64,000 nucleotides of DNA from Nitrospirales bacterium (GCA_963422365.1 OY729426.1:1600001-1664000); one strand, 5' to 3'; positions 27,956 through 39,779 are shown, counted from the first letter of the stretch. Notes: generated by a model not told the origin, from the sequence alone. A program made the numbers and translations.

Positions 27956-29962
27956 ATGGCTGCTTTTACCTTAGAGTCTGATTTCGCCCCGAAGGGAGAT
28001 CAGCGTCAAGCGATCGATGCGTTGACTGAAGGGGTGAACGTCGGCAAGCCGCATCAGGTCTTGCTTGGTGTTACAGGATCAGGGAAGACGTTTACCATGG
28101 CGAATGTTATTGCCACGGTCCAGAAGCCGACGTTGATCGTGGTGCATAATAAGACATTGGCGGCACAGTTGTACCAGGAGTTTAAATGTTTTTTTCCGCA
28201 CAATGCCGTGGAGTACTTTGTCAGTTATTACGACTATTACCAGCCCGAAGCCTATATTCCTTCCACGGATACCTATATTGCCAAAGACGCCTCGATTAAC
28301 GATACCATTGATCAGATGCGACATGCGGCAACGTCGGCACTTTTGGAACGCGACGATATTATTATTGTGGCCTCGGTCTCCTGCATCTATGGCTTGGGCT
28401 CACCGGAGGTCTATCATGGCATGTTGCTGTACCTCGAAGAAGGGATGGGCATTCGACGAGAAGCCATTCTCGCCAAATTGGTGGAGATTCAATATTCCCG
28501 AAATGATGTCAAGCTTCAGCGCGGTATGTTTCGGGCGCACGGAGATGTCATCGAGATTTTCCCTGCCGCCTCGGATTCGAATACCATCCGCGTAGAATTA
28601 TTTGGCGACACCGTTGAGTCGATTTCTGAAATTGATCCGCTGACCGGCCGGCCACTCGGGCGACTCTCCAAGATTCCCATTTACCCCATGAGTCACTATG
28701 TGATTGCTCCTGATCGATACGACAGGGCCTTGCAGGGAATTGAAGAAGAACTGGAAGAACGCATTGCCTCTTTCCGGCGACACAATCAACTCCTTGAAGC
28801 GCAGCGTGTGGAGCAGCGGACGAAGTTTGATCTCGAAATGATTCGAGCGATGGGCTATTGCCACGGGATTGAGAATTACTCACGACATTTGAGTGGCCGT
28901 GCATCGGGCGAGCCGCCTCCGACGCTGCTGGACTATTTCACCAAGGATTATCTGCTGATTGTTGATGAGTCCCATGTGACGGTTCCTCAATTCGGTGGGA
29001 TGTACGAAGGTGACCATTCGCGCAAGAAAACGTTGGTCGACTATGGGTTTCGGTTGCCGTCGGCCATGGATAACCGTCCGCTGAAATTTAAAGAATTTGA
29101 AAAAGTCATGAAGCAGGTCATCTATGTGTCGGCCACACCCGGGCCGTATGAGTTGACGCATGCCGGCAAGAGCGTGGTGGAACAAATTATTCGGCCGACG
29201 GGCCTGATGGATCCCGTGATCAAGGTCAAGCCGGCGAAGGGGCAGGTGGATGATTTATTGCAAGAAGTGAAGGCGATCATTGCCACAGGCTTTCGGGTGT
29301 TGGTGACGACCTTGACGAAGCGCATGGCTGAGGACCTGACTGAATACTACCACGAGTTGGGGTTGAAGGTTCGGTATCTTCATTCCGATATCCAGACGCT
29401 TGAGCGGGCGGAGATTCTTCGCGATCTTCGGAAGGGAGTGTTTGATGTGCTGGTCGGCATCAATCTGCTGCGCGAGGGGTTGGATCTGCCGGAAGTGGCG
29501 CTCGTCGGCGTGTTGGATGCGGATAAAGAGGGGTTTTTACGCGGCCATCGTGCGTTGATTCAAACCGCTGGGCGCGCGGCCCGAAACAGCGAGGGCACCG
29601 TGATTCTCTATGGCGACCGAATCACCGATTCCATGAAGGTCACCATAGAGGAAACCACTCGGCGACGGCAGATCCAGGCCGAGTATAATCGTGAGCATGG
29701 GATTACGCCGGAGACCATCAAGAAACGAATTCATGATTTGGAATATCACATTGCCGAGGCCGATTACGTTGAAGTGAGTATCGCTGCGGAGGAAGAAGCC
29801 GTCTATGCCACCGAAGCCGATATGGAGACGATGATCGCTTCCTTAGAACAGGAAATGAAAGCTGCGGCAAAAACATTGGAGTTTGAACGGGCTGCGAAGT
29901 TGCGTGATCGGATTCGAACGTTGCGGCAGCAAGAGCTTCGGTTGGGCGGCTCGATACGCTAA
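27956..29962 (+). CDS. uvrB: Excinuclease ABC subunit B
   Basis: [23 protein letters not shown]-terminal UVR domain. Confidence 0.98.
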   Translation: MAAFTLESDFAPKGDQRQAIDALTEGVNVGKPHQVLLGVTGSGKTFTMANVIATVQKPTLIVVHNKTLAAQLYQEFKCFFPHNAVEYFVSYYDYYQPEAYIPSTDTYIAKDASINDTIDQMRHAATSALLERDDIIIVASVSCIYGLGSPEVYHGMLLYLEEGMGIRREAILAKLVEIQYSRNDVKLQRGMFRAHGDVIEIFPAASDSNTIRVELFGDTVESISEIDPLTGRPLGRLSKIPIYPMSHYVIAPDRYDRALQGIEEELEERIASFRRHNQLLEAQRVEQRTKFDLEMIRAMGYCHGIENYSRHLSGRASGEPPPTLLDYFTKDYLLIVDESHVTVPQFGGMYEGDHSRKKTLVDYGFRLPSAMDNRPLKFKEFEKVMKQVIYVSATPGPYELTHAGKSVVEQIIRPTGLMDPVIKVKPAKGQVDDLLQEVKAIIATGFRVLVTTLTKRMAEDLTEYYHELGLKVRYLHSDIQTLERAEILRDLRKGVFDVLVGINLLREGLDLPEVALVGVLDADKEGFLRGHRALIQTAGRAARNSEGTVILYGDRITDSMKVTIEETTRRRQIQAEYNREHGITPETIKKRIHDLEYHIAEADYVEVSIAAEEEAVYATEADMETMIASLEQEMKAAAKTLEFERAAKLRDRIRTLRQQELRLGGSIR

Positions 29963-30097
29963 CAGGCTCCTACAAACGCCTACACCTACCCATTTGTCAT
30001 TCTGAGCCACAGGCGAAAGAATCACTCTTTCCAAAAGAGAGAGCCTTTCAAGCAGATCCTTTCCTTCGCTGTCGCTCAGGTAAGTGCTTGTTACCTG

Positions 30098-30358
30098 CTA
30101 GATGTTTTTGTAGAGATAGATGCCGAGAAAAATACCCAAGATCGTGAGCAGGTTTATTTTGAAGAGAAAGCCGAGGGTGACTTTGATCAAGACTAAATCG
30201 ACAGTAAGGGGTGGGGCTAGGCCCAGGGAGAGCGATCGTGCAAAAATGGTTTGAATCAGCTCGGATGACGAAAAAACGGTGAGAAGTTCACCTAACACTC
30301 CGCCCAGCAGACCACCGATGACAATAAACCCTATTAACGTCCAGCCTGATTTTTTCAC
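30098..30358 (-). CDS. Small membrane protein (DUF4321-like)
   Basis: GTG start; GGLLGGVLGE...PPLTVDL...N.L.ILG pattern. Confidence 0.7.
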   Translation of the reverse strand: MKKSGWTLIGFIVIGGLLGGVLGELLTVFSSSELIQTIFARSLSLGLAPPLTVDLVLIKVTLGFLFKINLLTILGIFLGIYLYKNI

Positions 30359-30550
30359 CTGCGCACTCGTTGAAACCGGAAATGAAGAAGACGTATTTTT
30401 CGGAAAACAAAAAATAAGGGAAAATACTAAAAAGAACATACGGCAATCTTCCCAGTAAGTCAAGAAAGCGTTTTTCTTGACAGCCTTTTCAAGGCTTGAC
30501 TAGACTGTACGAAATTTTCTTTGTATTTTCGAAGCGTTAGGAGTGTTTTC

Positions 30551-31942
30551 GTGTTTTCATCTCTCACCGCAAACATCGATGCCGTGCTCAAAAAGCTTCG
30601 GGGAGCCGGTGTTCTCAAAGAACAGGACGTTGTCCAGGCCTTGAAGGAAGTCCGCTTGGCTCTGCTTGAAGCCGACGTCAATTTTAGAGTGGTCAAGGAC
30701 TTCATTGGACGTGTTCAGGAAAAAGCCATAGGCAACAAAGTCCTCGAAAGTCTGACGCCCGGGCAGCAAGTCGTCAAAATTGTGTGGGAAGAATTACGCG
30801 ACTTGATGGGCCATGGACATTCCGGCCTATCGCTCTCTTCTCACCCGCCGACTATTGTGATGATGGTGGGCCTGCAAGGGGCAGGGAAAACCACCACCTG
30901 TGGCAAAGTCGCCCGGTTGTTGACCCAACAAGGAAAGCGCGTGTTACTGATTGCTGCCGACCCGAGACGGCCTGCTGCTGCGGAACAATTAACCGCTTTG
31001 GGCGCCAACATGGATGTTCCGGTTCATCGTGCGGACCGGCTGCTGTCGACTCGCCCAGAGGTCGTGCGTTTTTGTTCAGAGGGTGTCTGTCGTGGGCGGG
31101 ATCACGGCTATGACGTCGTGATCCTGGATACCGGAGGCCGGCTTCAAGTTGATAGCGAATTGATGTTGGAACTGGAAGACATACAGGCTGCCGTGACGCC
31201 ACAAGAAATTTTGTTGGTCGCTGATGCGATGACCGGTCAGGAAGCGGTCAATGTGGCGGAGCAGTTCGATCAACGCGTGGGTGTGACTGGCGTGATTTTG
31301 ACCAAGATTGAGGGTGATGCGCGAGGGGGAGCCCTGCTTTCGATGCGGGCGGCTATCGGGAAGCCGGTGAAGTATCTTGGCATCGGTGAAAAATCCGATG
31401 CGCTGGAACCGTTTCATCCTGATCGTATGGCCGCTCGGATTTTGGGGATGGGTGATGTGTTGTCCCTGATTGAAAAGGCCCAACAATCCTTTTCGCAAGA
31501 AGAAGCCTTGACGTTGCAAAAAAAGGTTTCGAGCAATACCCTGACCCTTGAAGATTTTCGAGATCAGATGAAACAGGTCAAGAAGCTGGGGTCTATGGAG
31601 CAAATTCTGGGCATGCTGCCTGGGGCCGGGAAGCTGAAGTCGATGATGAATCCGGGGGCGAGCCATGAGCTGCCGGAAAAGGAAATGAAGCGGATGGTCG
31701 CGATTATCGATTCGATGACACCCGCAGAGCGTGTGGATCATGCGATCATAAACGGCAGGCGTAAGAAACGCGTGGCCAAGGGGAGTGGAACCTCTGTTCA
31801 AGAGGTCAATCGGCTCATCAAGCAATTCCTCACGGCACGAAACATGTTGAAGTCCCTGGTTGGTGGAAAGCTTGGGAAACAGGGGAAGTTAGGAAAATTC
31901 AAGAAACGGCGAAAGCTGATTCGTGCCCTTCAATCCCCCTAG
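30551..31942 (+). CDS. ffh: Signal recognition particle protein Ffh
   Basis: GLQGAGKTT, DTGGR, TKIEGDARGG, M-domain; AGGAG then GTG start. Confidence 0.97.
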   Translation: MFSSLTANIDAVLKKLRGAGVLKEQDVVQALKEVRLALLEADVNFRVVKDFIGRVQEKAIGNKVLESLTPGQQVVKIVWEELRDLMGHGHSGLSLSSHPPTIVMMVGLQGAGKTTTCGKVARLLTQQGKRVLLIAADPRRPAAAEQLTALGANMDVPVHRADRLLSTRPEVVRFCSEGVCRGRDHGYDVVILDTGGRLQVDSELMLELEDIQAAVTPQEILLVADAMTGQEAVNVAEQFDQRVGVTGVILTKIEGDARGGALLSMRAAIGKPVKYLGIGEKSDALEPFHPDRMAARILGMGDVLSLIEKAQQSFSQEEALTLQKKVSSNTLTLEDFRDQMKQVKKLGSMEQILGMLPGAGKLKSMMNPGASHELPEKEMKRMVAIIDSMTPAERVDHAIINGRRKKRVAKGSGTSVQEVNRLIKQFLTARNMLKSLVGGKLGKQGKLGKFKKRRKLIRALQSP

Positions 31943-32120
31943 CCCGGTGTTCTTTCTGACGGGTGAAGTTCTCGGGCGCACGACTTGTCGGAATGGCGCG
32001 TGTCGCATCGCGGCAACGACTAGGTGTGAGAAGAAATCAGGCTAGGGTGTATTTCTGATCTTCAACCAAGTATAATCACTGGCTTTTGGGAAAAACTTAC
32101 TTCACAGGAGGTTTATACTC

Positions 32121-32399
32121 GTGGCAGTACATTTGCGTTTAACCCGAATGGGGCGACACAAACGGCCCTTTTATCGGGTCGTTGCCGTGGATTCCAGAGC
32201 ACGTCGAGATGGAAAGTACCTCGAGATCGTCGGTACGTATGATCCTTTACAAGAACCAGCCGTCACCAACTTAAAGTCAGATCGTGTGTTGGACTGGCTT
32301 CAAAAAGGGGCCCAACCGTCGGTGACCGTTCGCACACTCCTTCGGCGGTCCGGAATTTTGAAGACGTTCGAAGAATCGAAAAAGAAGACGAACGCCTAA
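32121..32399 (+). CDS. rpsP: 30S ribosomal protein S16
   Basis: LRLTRMG...PFYRVV..DSR..RDG, GAQPS. Confidence 0.97.
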   Translation: MAVHLRLTRMGRHKRPFYRVVAVDSRARRDGKYLEIVGTYDPLQEPAVTNLKSDRVLDWLQKGAQPSVTVRTLLRRSGILKTFEESKKKTNA

Positions 32400-32448
32400 G
32401 CGCGTTGCTCGATGCGGGGTTACTTCCCCTGAGAGAAAAGTCCGGTCG

Positions 32449-32970
32449 ATGGAAAATATGGTCACTGTTGGGAAACTGGTGAAATCCTTTGGGGTGAGAG
32501 GACAGGCGCGGGTGCTTTCACTCACGGACGTTCCGAATCGGTTCGAGAATCTTAAGGAGGTGACCCTTGAGTTGCCGACGGGCAAAACCTTGGTGACGAT
32601 GGTGACCGATGTCCATCCAGATGGCCAATTCTATCTCTTGCGATTTGGGGCCTTCTCCACGCCAGAGGAGGTGGGGGACTATCGCGGGGCGTGGTTGAAA
32701 ATTCCCCAAGAGGAGGTTCCCCCTGCGCCTGAAGGTCACCATTATCAATTTGAATTCATCGGGTTAACGGTGAAAGATGAGTTGGGCAACGTGTTCGGAA
32801 CGTTGGAGGAAGTGGTGGCCTTACCGCATCAATATCTGTTTGTGATCCGCAGAGCAAACAAAGAGTATCTCTTGCCCGCTCTGCGAAAATGGATCTCTTC
32901 GATCGACCTCGCCGGAGGCGTCATGACCGTCGCACCGACTGCGGAATGGGCTGGTGACGATGCAGTGTGA
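32449..32970 (+). CDS. rimM: Ribosome maturation factor RimM
   Basis: VGKLVKSFGVRG, PRC barrel; synteny. Confidence 0.93.
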   Translation: MENMVTVGKLVKSFGVRGQARVLSLTDVPNRFENLKEVTLELPTGKTLVTMVTDVHPDGQFYLLRFGAFSTPEEVGDYRGAWLKIPQEEVPPAPEGHHYQFEFIGLTVKDELGNVFGTLEEVVALPHQYLFVIRRANKEYLLPALRKWISSIDLAGGVMTVAPTAEWAGDDAV

Positions 32971-33727
32971 AATTCTGACATTGTTTCCCGAAATGGTTGC
33001 AAACGTCGTGTCGCACTCCATTGTGCAGCGTGCGCAAGACAAAAAGCTGGTTTCGATTCGCGTCTATAATCTCCGTGATTTCAGTGATGATCGGCATCGA
33101 GTGGCTGATGATACGCCCTACGGTGGCGGATCCGGTATGATCATGAAGGCTGAGCCTATTTTCCGGGCGGTTGAGGCGTTGGGCCAAGAGCGGAGTCAAT
33201 TACGGATTATCGTGCCTTCACCTCAAGGGCTGCCCTTTACGCAACGGCTTGCCGAAGAGTTGAGTCAAGAATCGCGATGGCTGGTGTGGATCTGTGGTCA
33301 TTATGAAGGCCTTGACGAACGAGTGATGATTTGGCTAGAGCCTGAAGAAATTTCTCTTGGTGATTACGTGCTGACGGGAGGGGAACTGCCGGCCTTGGTC
33401 ATGATCGATGCGGCTGTCCGATTGGTTCCCGGGGTGGTGGGTGATCCCGCGTCGGTGAAACAGGACTCCTTTTCCCAACCCTTGTTGGATTTTCCCCATT
33501 ATACCAAGCCGCATACGGTTCGCGGGTGCCAGGTTCCTGACGTCTTACGGTCAGGCAATCATGAGGCCATTCGACGGTGGCGTCGCAAAGAAGCCTTGCG
33601 GAACACGTATGGCAAACGGCCCGATTTGTTGCGACAGGAGTCGTTAACCCAAGAAGATCAACAATTATTGTCAGATATTTCTCAAGAATGTGAACAAGTC
33701 ATGTCAGTGAGTGAAGGGGGAGGATGA
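32960..33727 (+). CDS. trmD: tRNA (guanine-N1)-methyltransferase
   Basis: [31 protein letters not shown]. Confidence 0.97.
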   Translation: MQCEILTLFPEMVANVVSHSIVQRAQDKKLVSIRVYNLRDFSDDRHRVADDTPYGGGSGMIMKAEPIFRAVEALGQERSQLRIIVPSPQGLPFTQRLAEELSQESRWLVWICGHYEGLDERVMIWLEPEEISLGDYVLTGGELPALVMIDAAVRLVPGVVGDPASVKQDSFSQPLLDFPHYTKPHTVRGCQVPDVLRSGNHEAIRRWRRKEALRNTYGKRPDLLRQESLTQEDQQLLSDISQECEQVMSVSEGGG

Positions 33728-34164
33728 CCATCATGAATCGGCTTCAACGGCTAGAGCAAACATTCCCGACGAACTCCGTCCCGGTGTTTGAAATTGGGGA
33801 CACCGTTCGTGTGCATGTGAACGTGATCGAAGGGGAGAAAGAACGGGTTCAGGTATTTGAAGGCGTCGTGATTGCTCGAAAAGGCAAGAAAATCAGCGAG
33901 ACGTTTACCGTTCGTAAAATCTCTTATGGGGTGGGGGTGGAACGAGTGTTCCCTGTGAACTCTCCCAATATCGCGAAAATCGACGTGAGACGAAAAGGGA
34001 AAGTCCGGCGAGCAAAGTTGTACTATCTGCGTGACAAAAAGGGGAAGCAAGCCAAAGTCGCCGAACGAGAGTTTTCCCGAACCGCAAGCAGAACAAAGGC
34101 CGCAAAGGGCAAGCCTGCGGCTACGGCAAGCGTAGCGGCTTCAGCCGAAGAAGCGGTCCAATAA
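33724..34164 (+). CDS. rplS: 50S ribosomal protein L19
   Basis: [30 protein letters not shown]. Confidence 0.97.
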   Translation: MTIMNRLQRLEQTFPTNSVPVFEIGDTVRVHVNVIEGEKERVQVFEGVVIARKGKKISETFTVRKISYGVGVERVFPVNSPNIAKIDVRRKGKVRRAKLYYLRDKKGKQAKVAEREFSRTASRTKAAKGKPAATASVAASAEEAVQ

Positions 34165-34189
34165 TCCGATGTGATTCTCTGTTGGTCTT

Positions 34190-34852
34190 GTGACGTTGAC
34201 CAATGACGCCATAGGGTTGGGAGCTTTAGGACCCACGTGCGATCTCGAAGAGGATGCACGGGCCTGTGGGTATCGACGGGTCGCAGGGTTAGACGAGGCT
34301 GGGCGTGGGCCTCTGGCCGGGCCGGTTGTCGGTGCAGCCGTGATTGTGCCCCGTCGCTTTTCGTTGCGAAGTCTTGATGATTCCAAAAAGGTGAGTCCCA
34401 CGGAACGGGACACGCTCTTTTCGGTTATTACCAAGTACGCGATGGCGTGGGGAATTGGCGTCGCGTCTGAAGCCGAAATTGACTCGCTCAACATTCTCCA
34501 AGCGACTCGTCTAGCTTGGCAGCGGGCAATCAATCAATTGCGTGTCTCACCGGATTTTTTGTTAATCGACGGATTAACAGGTGCTGACTTTTCTATTCCT
34601 CACCGGTCTGTCATTCAAGGCGACCAACTTTCGTCTTCCATTGCCGCGGCGTCAATTCTTGCCAAGGTTTTCCGTGACCGAATGATGTGTGAATACCACC
34701 AATGCGATCCTCGGTATCGGTTCCATATTCATAAAGGGTATCCAACGCCGGAGCACCTCCGCTTGCTCCGTCAGTTTGGACCAAGTCCGGCCCATCGGCA
34801 CAGTTTTGGTCCAGTGCGCAGTTGTCTGACGACACCTCAGGAGGGTGTATGA
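34190..34852 (+). CDS. rnhB: Ribonuclease HII
   Basis: GLDEAGRGPLAGPV, DSKK, IAAASILAK, HKGYPT. Confidence 0.96.
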   Translation: MTLTNDAIGLGALGPTCDLEEDARACGYRRVAGLDEAGRGPLAGPVVGAAVIVPRRFSLRSLDDSKKVSPTERDTLFSVITKYAMAWGIGVASEAEIDSLNILQATRLAWQRAINQLRVSPDFLLIDGLTGADFSIPHRSVIQGDQLSSSIAAASILAKVFRDRMMCEYHQCDPRYRFHIHKGYPTPEHLRLLRQFGPSPAHRHSFGPVRSCLTTPQEGV

Positions 34853-35235
34853 GCCTCACCCCACAGATCTTAGGCAAGGAAGCCGAAGCCGCTGCCGAAC
34901 AGTTTCTTCGCCAACAAGGGTATCGGATCCTTGATCGCAATGTTCGGCTCGGTCGTGGAGAGTTGGATATTATCGCCCGGGTGGGGGAGACGCTGATCTT
35001 TGTCGAAGTCAAAGCTCGCCGAACGGATCACTACGGAGGCGTGTCTCATGCGGTGACGGCACGAAAAGAGCAACAACTCATTCAATTAGCTGCTCAATAT
35101 CTTGCGCACCATCGCTTGGAAAATCAGCCCTGTCGGTTTGACGTGCTCTTCTATGATGCGGCAACTCCTGATGCTCCCATTCTTGAACATATTGAAAATG
35201 CCTTTGAGGTGTCCGGCGATGATCGGCGTTGGTAA
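34849..35235 (+). CDS. yraN: YraN (UPF0102) family nuclease-like protein
   Basis: GKEAE, GELDII, FVEVKAR, RFDV, HIENAF. Confidence 0.92.
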   Translation: MSLTPQILGKEAEAAAEQFLRQQGYRILDRNVRLGRGELDIIARVGETLIFVEVKARRTDHYGGVSHAVTARKEQQLIQLAAQYLAHHRLENQPCRFDVLFYDAATPDAPILEHIENAFEVSGDDRRW

Positions 35236-35295
35236 GCGCACTGAATATTGCCATGAGGACCTGGAAAGATTTTGCCGTGCTGAGCCGTTGTCCCT

Positions 35296-35964
35296 ATGAT
35301 CCAGTTGTTCCGTGTCTCCAAATTCTACGATCGATATGCGGCACTTGATGGTGTCTCGTTTCGGATCGCCAAAGGTGAATGTGTCATTCTGACGGGACCG
35401 AGTGGTGCGGGAAAGACCACACTGCTCAAGGTGATCTTTGGCGCTGAGGTTCCTGATGCAGGGCAAATTCTTGTGCAGAACCGCAATATTGCTCGGTTAC
35501 GTGGAGGTGATATCCCTCGTCTGCGTCGAACAATCGGTATTGTGCTACAAAACTTTCAGTTGCTTCCGAATAAAACCGTATATGAAAACGTGAGGTTGCC
35601 GCTCATTATTCAAGGCGTAAAAAGACGCGAAGCGCGGAAACGAGTGGGGGAAACCTTAAAGGCTGTAGGAATGGATCACAAACAGGCGATACACACGGGT
35701 GTCCTCTCGGCCGGCGAGCAACAACGAATCGTTATTGCCCGGGCTGTCGTGACCCGCCCCATTCTGTTGTTGGCCGATGAACCGACAGGAAATTTGGATG
35801 CAGAATTAACAGTCGAAATCGTGGAATTGTTTAAAACGATTCATGCTCAGGGGACAACGATTCTCTTGGCTACCCATAACCGAGGGGTGGTTGAGCAGAT
35901 CAAGGGCCGGGTCTTGCATTTGCGAGCAGGTCGCATCGTGTCTGATGAGGGGGCGAGATCGTAA
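35296..35964 (+). CDS. ftsE: Cell division ATP-binding protein FtsE
   Basis: GPSGAGKT, ADEPTGNLD; upstream of ftsX. Confidence 0.93.
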   Translation: MIQLFRVSKFYDRYAALDGVSFRIAKGECVILTGPSGAGKTTLLKVIFGAEVPDAGQILVQNRNIARLRGGDIPRLRRTIGIVLQNFQLLPNKTVYENVRLPLIIQGVKRREARKRVGETLKAVGMDHKQAIHTGVLSAGEQQRIVIARAVVTRPILLLADEPTGNLDAELTVEIVELFKTIHAQGTTILLATHNRGVVEQIKGRVLHLRAGRIVSDEGARS

Positions 35965-36860
35965 TGCGGTCGTTGCATTTACTCCTGGAAGCCATGACCA
36001 ATCTCCGCGTGAATCGAGGGAGCGTGGTGATTGGCATTGTCACGACGGCCTTTACCATTGCCTGCTTTGGCGTTTTTTTGTTGTTGTACCTCAATCTCAA
36101 CAATCTTGCCGAATCACTGCAGAGCAACATTGAAGTGATTGTCTACGTCGATCCCGAGGCCTCAACGCAGATCATGTCCGGCGTGAACCAGCGTCTGGAC
36201 AGTGAACCGGCAGCCACGGGCATCACCTTTGTGTCGAAAGCACAGGCGCTTCAAAAATTTCATGAACAGTTTCCCGATGAATCGATATTATTGGATGGGA
36301 TGGGCACCAATCCGCTCCCCGCGTCGTTTGTCGTCAAATTGTCTCCACGGTTTCAGGATGCCGAATCCATGGGGGCGTTTGCGGAGCGCGTCCGGCACTT
36401 TCCCGGCGTGACCCACGTGCGGTACAACCAGGATTGGATTGAGGACTTGGCCCTGTTTGTCGATTCCTTTGAATTAGGGGCGGTGGTGATTGGGGCGATT
36501 CTGGCCGTGGCCACCGTGACGATTATTGCGAATACGGTTCGGTTGTCCTTTCATACGAGACGAGAGGAGATTGAAATCCTTCAATTGATCGGCGCGACGA
36601 GTGTGTTCATTGCCGTCCCCTACGTGATCGAAGGCGCGATCCTGGGAGCCTTGGGAGGCACGCTGTCCCTCGGTTTGTTGAAAGGGACGTTTGAATATTT
36701 GCGATTAGAACTCAAGGCGTCAGGCTGGTTTCGTGGGTTGGAACATATTCTGACGTTTTTCCCCGAGCCGATGTCCGTTTTTTTGATTCTGGCCGGTATG
36801 CTGTTAGGATGTGGGAGCAGTTTGCTCTCAGTATTCGGGTTAATGAAAGCGAAAAAGTGA
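35964..36860 (+). CDS. ftsX: Cell division permease FtsX
   Basis: 4 TM, NPLP motif, RREEIEILQLIGAT. Confidence 0.92.
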   Translation: MRSLHLLLEAMTNLRVNRGSVVIGIVTTAFTIACFGVFLLLYLNLNNLAESLQSNIEVIVYVDPEASTQIMSGVNQRLDSEPAATGITFVSKAQALQKFHEQFPDESILLDGMGTNPLPASFVVKLSPRFQDAESMGAFAERVRHFPGVTHVRYNQDWIEDLALFVDSFELGAVVIGAILAVATVTIIANTVRLSFHTRREEIEILQLIGATSVFIAVPYVIEGAILGALGGTLSLGLLKGTFEYLRLELKASGWFRGLEHILTFFPEPMSVFLILAGMLLGCGSSLLSVFGLMKAKK

Positions 36861-38005
36861 TGAGGCACTTGCTCTTCGTGACGGCTCTTGGGATGTCGGC
36901 CGGACTCCTCGCCCCTCAATGGGTGTTGGGCCAACCTTCTTCAATCCAAGACAACATTGAGAAAGAAAAATTTACCCTGGAGCAGTTAAAGCAGGAAATC
37001 GAGAAAACCAGCAAACAGCGTGATCGGTCACGAAAAAAACATGATGCGGTCTTGCAATCGATTGAGCGGCTGGATCGTCGATTGCACAAAGAACGGCGAG
37101 AGGCTGCTGCAATCAATCGGAAACTAAACACCATTGACCGGGAACTGAACAAGATGGGCGCTCAGTTAACTACGCTTCGATCCAAGATGAACGAGAAAAA
37201 GGCCGTGGTTGGCACTCGTCTACGACGGCTCTATATGGAAGGACAGGCCGGCTGGTTTCAACCATTATTGACGGCCCATTCGTATGCAGAATTTCAATAT
37301 CGGCTACGGTGTCTTTCCTTGCTTGCGACGAGGGAGCGCCGCTTATTTGAGGAATACCAACGCAAGGAAGTTCAAAAAAAACAACTTCTTGCGCAATCGG
37401 CGAAAAAACATGAATCGTTGGTAGTACAGAAAGGCCGAGTTGACAAAACAATGGACGGGATTCGAGACCTCACGTCTCAAAAACGTGTTGTCTTAGCGAG
37501 CCTTAAAAAAACGCTGCTCACGCTTGATCAGGTTGAAAACCAAAAAGATGCCCTCCTCAAAAAACTGGATGACGCCGCGGGAATCAAGAAACGCACGCCG
37601 GATTCGTTTCAAAGGGGTGAGTTGTTGTGGCCCGCTGAGGGCGATCTCGTGGGAGGGTTTGGGCGGCAACGGCACCCGATGTTCGATACGTCTATGAATA
37701 GGAAAGGGATTGAAATTGCCACAAGGGAAGGGACGGCTATCTTGGCCGTTTCAGACGGGGATGTGGTCTATGCGGATTGGCTCAGAGGATATGGACTTGT
37801 GGTCATTCTGGATCACGGCAATAATTACTTTACGTTCTATGCGCATGCCTCCAAGTTGCTGGTGAAAGAGGGGGAAGCCGTTGCCCAAAGAGACGTTCTT
37901 GGGAAAACAGGGTCCTCCGGTTTGACCAATCGAACCATTTTATACTTTGAGTTACGGAAAGGAACCAAGCCGGTGAACCCGTTGGGGTGGTTGGTCAAAC
38001 GGTGA
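36860..38005 (+). CDS. envC: Murein hydrolase activator EnvC-like (coiled coil plus degenerate M23)
   Basis: Signal peptide, long coiled coil, M23 domain lacking His ligands (KGIEI, LYFE). Confidence 0.85.
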   Translation: MRHLLFVTALGMSAGLLAPQWVLGQPSSIQDNIEKEKFTLEQLKQEIEKTSKQRDRSRKKHDAVLQSIERLDRRLHKERREAAAINRKLNTIDRELNKMGAQLTTLRSKMNEKKAVVGTRLRRLYMEGQAGWFQPLLTAHSYAEFQYRLRCLSLLATRERRLFEEYQRKEVQKKQLLAQSAKKHESLVVQKGRVDKTMDGIRDLTSQKRVVLASLKKTLLTLDQVENQKDALLKKLDDAAGIKKRTPDSFQRGELLWPAEGDLVGGFGRQRHPMFDTSMNRKGIEIATREGTAILAVSDGDVVYADWLRGYGLVVILDHGNNYFTFYAHASKLLVKEGEAVAQRDVLGKTGSSGLTNRTILYFELRKGTKPVNPLGWLVKR

Positions 38006-38141
38006 GCCTGTCTGGAATCAGCACGAAGGCCTGGGCCTTCTCTGGACTATTTTACGATTATCGTGATGCGGAATAAGATTCGAGAGGCCCAGGTAGTACA
38101 ACGATTGTCATTGTCTTTTTAACCAGAGTTAGGATGTCGAT

Positions 38142-39467
38142 ATGGAAAAGGGACGCTCTTCAATAACATGGGTTTCCGGGCTCATTGTGTTCGGTGCGCT
38201 CGTCGTAGGGTTGATGATTGGAAAAGGACTAGAAAAAACAGGCTATGCCAGTGAATCCTACGAAGAGATCAAAATTTTTGCTGAAGTTCTGACTCAGGTG
38301 AAGAAACATTACGTCGAAGAGGTTCAGACCAACGATCTTGTTCATGGGGCTGTTCGCGGCATGCTCAAAACGTTGGATCTGCATTCCGCGTACATGACCC
38401 CGGAGATGTATCAAGAAATGAAGGTGGAAACCAAGGGAGAATTTGGGGGATTAGGCATCCAGATTGGGATCAAAGCTCATCGTGTCATCGTCATTGCTCC
38501 CATTGAAGGAACACCCGCGCACGCGGCCGGCATAGAAACCGGAGATATTATTTTGAAAGTCGATGAGGTACTGACGAAAGACCTCACGCTGATGGAAGCG
38601 GTTCAACATATGCGAGGTCCCAAGGGAACAACAGTCACGCTGACGGTAGAGCGAGAAGGGGCCCGAGGAACGCTGAGCTTCACCTTGATTCGGGATACGA
38701 TTAAGATTCGCAGTGTCCGATCCCGGATCGTTGATGATCACATCGGCTATGTGCGGATCTCTCAGTTCCAAGAATCCACGCCCCAAGATCTTCGCCGCGA
38801 ATTAGTGAAGTTGCGCGACGAAGGCACTCAAGGACTCATTTTAGATTTACGCAATAACCCCGGGGGGCTCTTATCCGCGGCAGTTGGGGTCTCCGAGCAA
38901 TTTTTGCAGTCTGACAAATTAGTCGTCTCAGTCAAGGGCCGTGATGGTCGGAAAGATGAGTATCGTGCCCGCCCGCCAATGGATCCCGATGAATATCCTA
39001 TGATTGTCTTAGTCAACCAGGGCTCTGCAAGTGCGTCAGAAATCGTCGCAGCTGCGATGCAAGATTGGGGGAAAGCCGTCATCCTGGGGAAGACAACGTT
39101 TGGAAAGGGTTCCGTTCAGACTATTCTTCCGTTGTCAGATGGGTCAGGACTGCGGCTGACGACGGCGAAATACTATACGCCCCGTGGCGAGTCGATCCAT
39201 TCCGTTGGAGTCAAACCGGATATCGTGGTGGAGCAAAAACCGATGACCTTGGGTGAGGAGCAGAAAGAGCCCACGGCGACCACCCCGGAAGAGGATGTCC
39301 GCCCTTCCTCGGCCAAGGCATTGGGCAATGATCCGGATCCGCAAAAAGATCTTGAAGCGGTCATGAAAAAGGACGTGCAGCTTCAAAAGGCTATCGAGTT
39401 ACTCAAGACGTGGAACGTCTTCAAAGACCTGCACCCCTTGAATCGGCATAGGGTGGTCACAAGTTGA
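38142..39467 (+). CDS. ctpA: C-terminal processing protease, S41 family
   Basis: PDZ (GLGI), DLRNNPGG, SASASE, TFGKGSVQ. Confidence 0.93.
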   Translation: MEKGRSSITWVSGLIVFGALVVGLMIGKGLEKTGYASESYEEIKIFAEVLTQVKKHYVEEVQTNDLVHGAVRGMLKTLDLHSAYMTPEMYQEMKVETKGEFGGLGIQIGIKAHRVIVIAPIEGTPAHAAGIETGDIILKVDEVLTKDLTLMEAVQHMRGPKGTTVTLTVEREGARGTLSFTLIRDTIKIRSVRSRIVDDHIGYVRISQFQESTPQDLRRELVKLRDEGTQGLILDLRNNPGGLLSAAVGVSEQFLQSDKLVVSVKGRDGRKDEYRARPPMDPDEYPMIVLVNQGSASASEIVAAAMQDWGKAVILGKTTFGKGSVQTILPLSDGSGLRLTTAKYYTPRGESIHSVGVKPDIVVEQKPMTLGEEQKEPTATTPEEDVRPSSAKALGNDPDPQKDLEAVMKKDVQLQKAIELLKTWNVFKDLHPLNRHRVVTS

Positions 39468-39693
39468 GGACAATAGCGGTCGTGGTTTTGGTGACGCCGT
39501 CCACACCGCGTATCCGCGAAAGGACGACTTCGTTGAGGGCCTCTAGCGTTTCCGCTTCAATTTGGACCACTAAATCATAAGGACCGGTGACGGCATCGAC
39601 TTTCTTCACCCAGGGAATGCGGGTGATCGTTTTATACGCACTTTTCGTGTGATCTCCTGCCACATCAATCATCGCAAACGCAGATACGGCCAT
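39457..39693 (-). CDS. Stand-alone Lrp/AsnC ligand-binding (RAM) domain protein
   Basis: VTGPYDLV, IRGVDGVTKTTT; no HTH. Confidence 0.85.
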   Translation of the reverse strand: MAVSAFAMIDVAGDHTKSAYKTITRIPWVKKVDAVTGPYDLVVQIEAETLEALNEVVLSRIRGVDGVTKTTTAIVLNL

Positions 39694-39779
39694 TGCTCGT
39701 TATTTCGTCTTTGCATGGTGGAAGAAGGTGCGCGGCGCTCTTTTCTGCCGGCGACCTTATCAAAGGCTTGGCCGTAGGG

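Noticed and set aside
31943..32120. SRP RNA (ffs) or other ncRNA after ffh
   Set aside because: The conserved SRP domain IV motif is not present.
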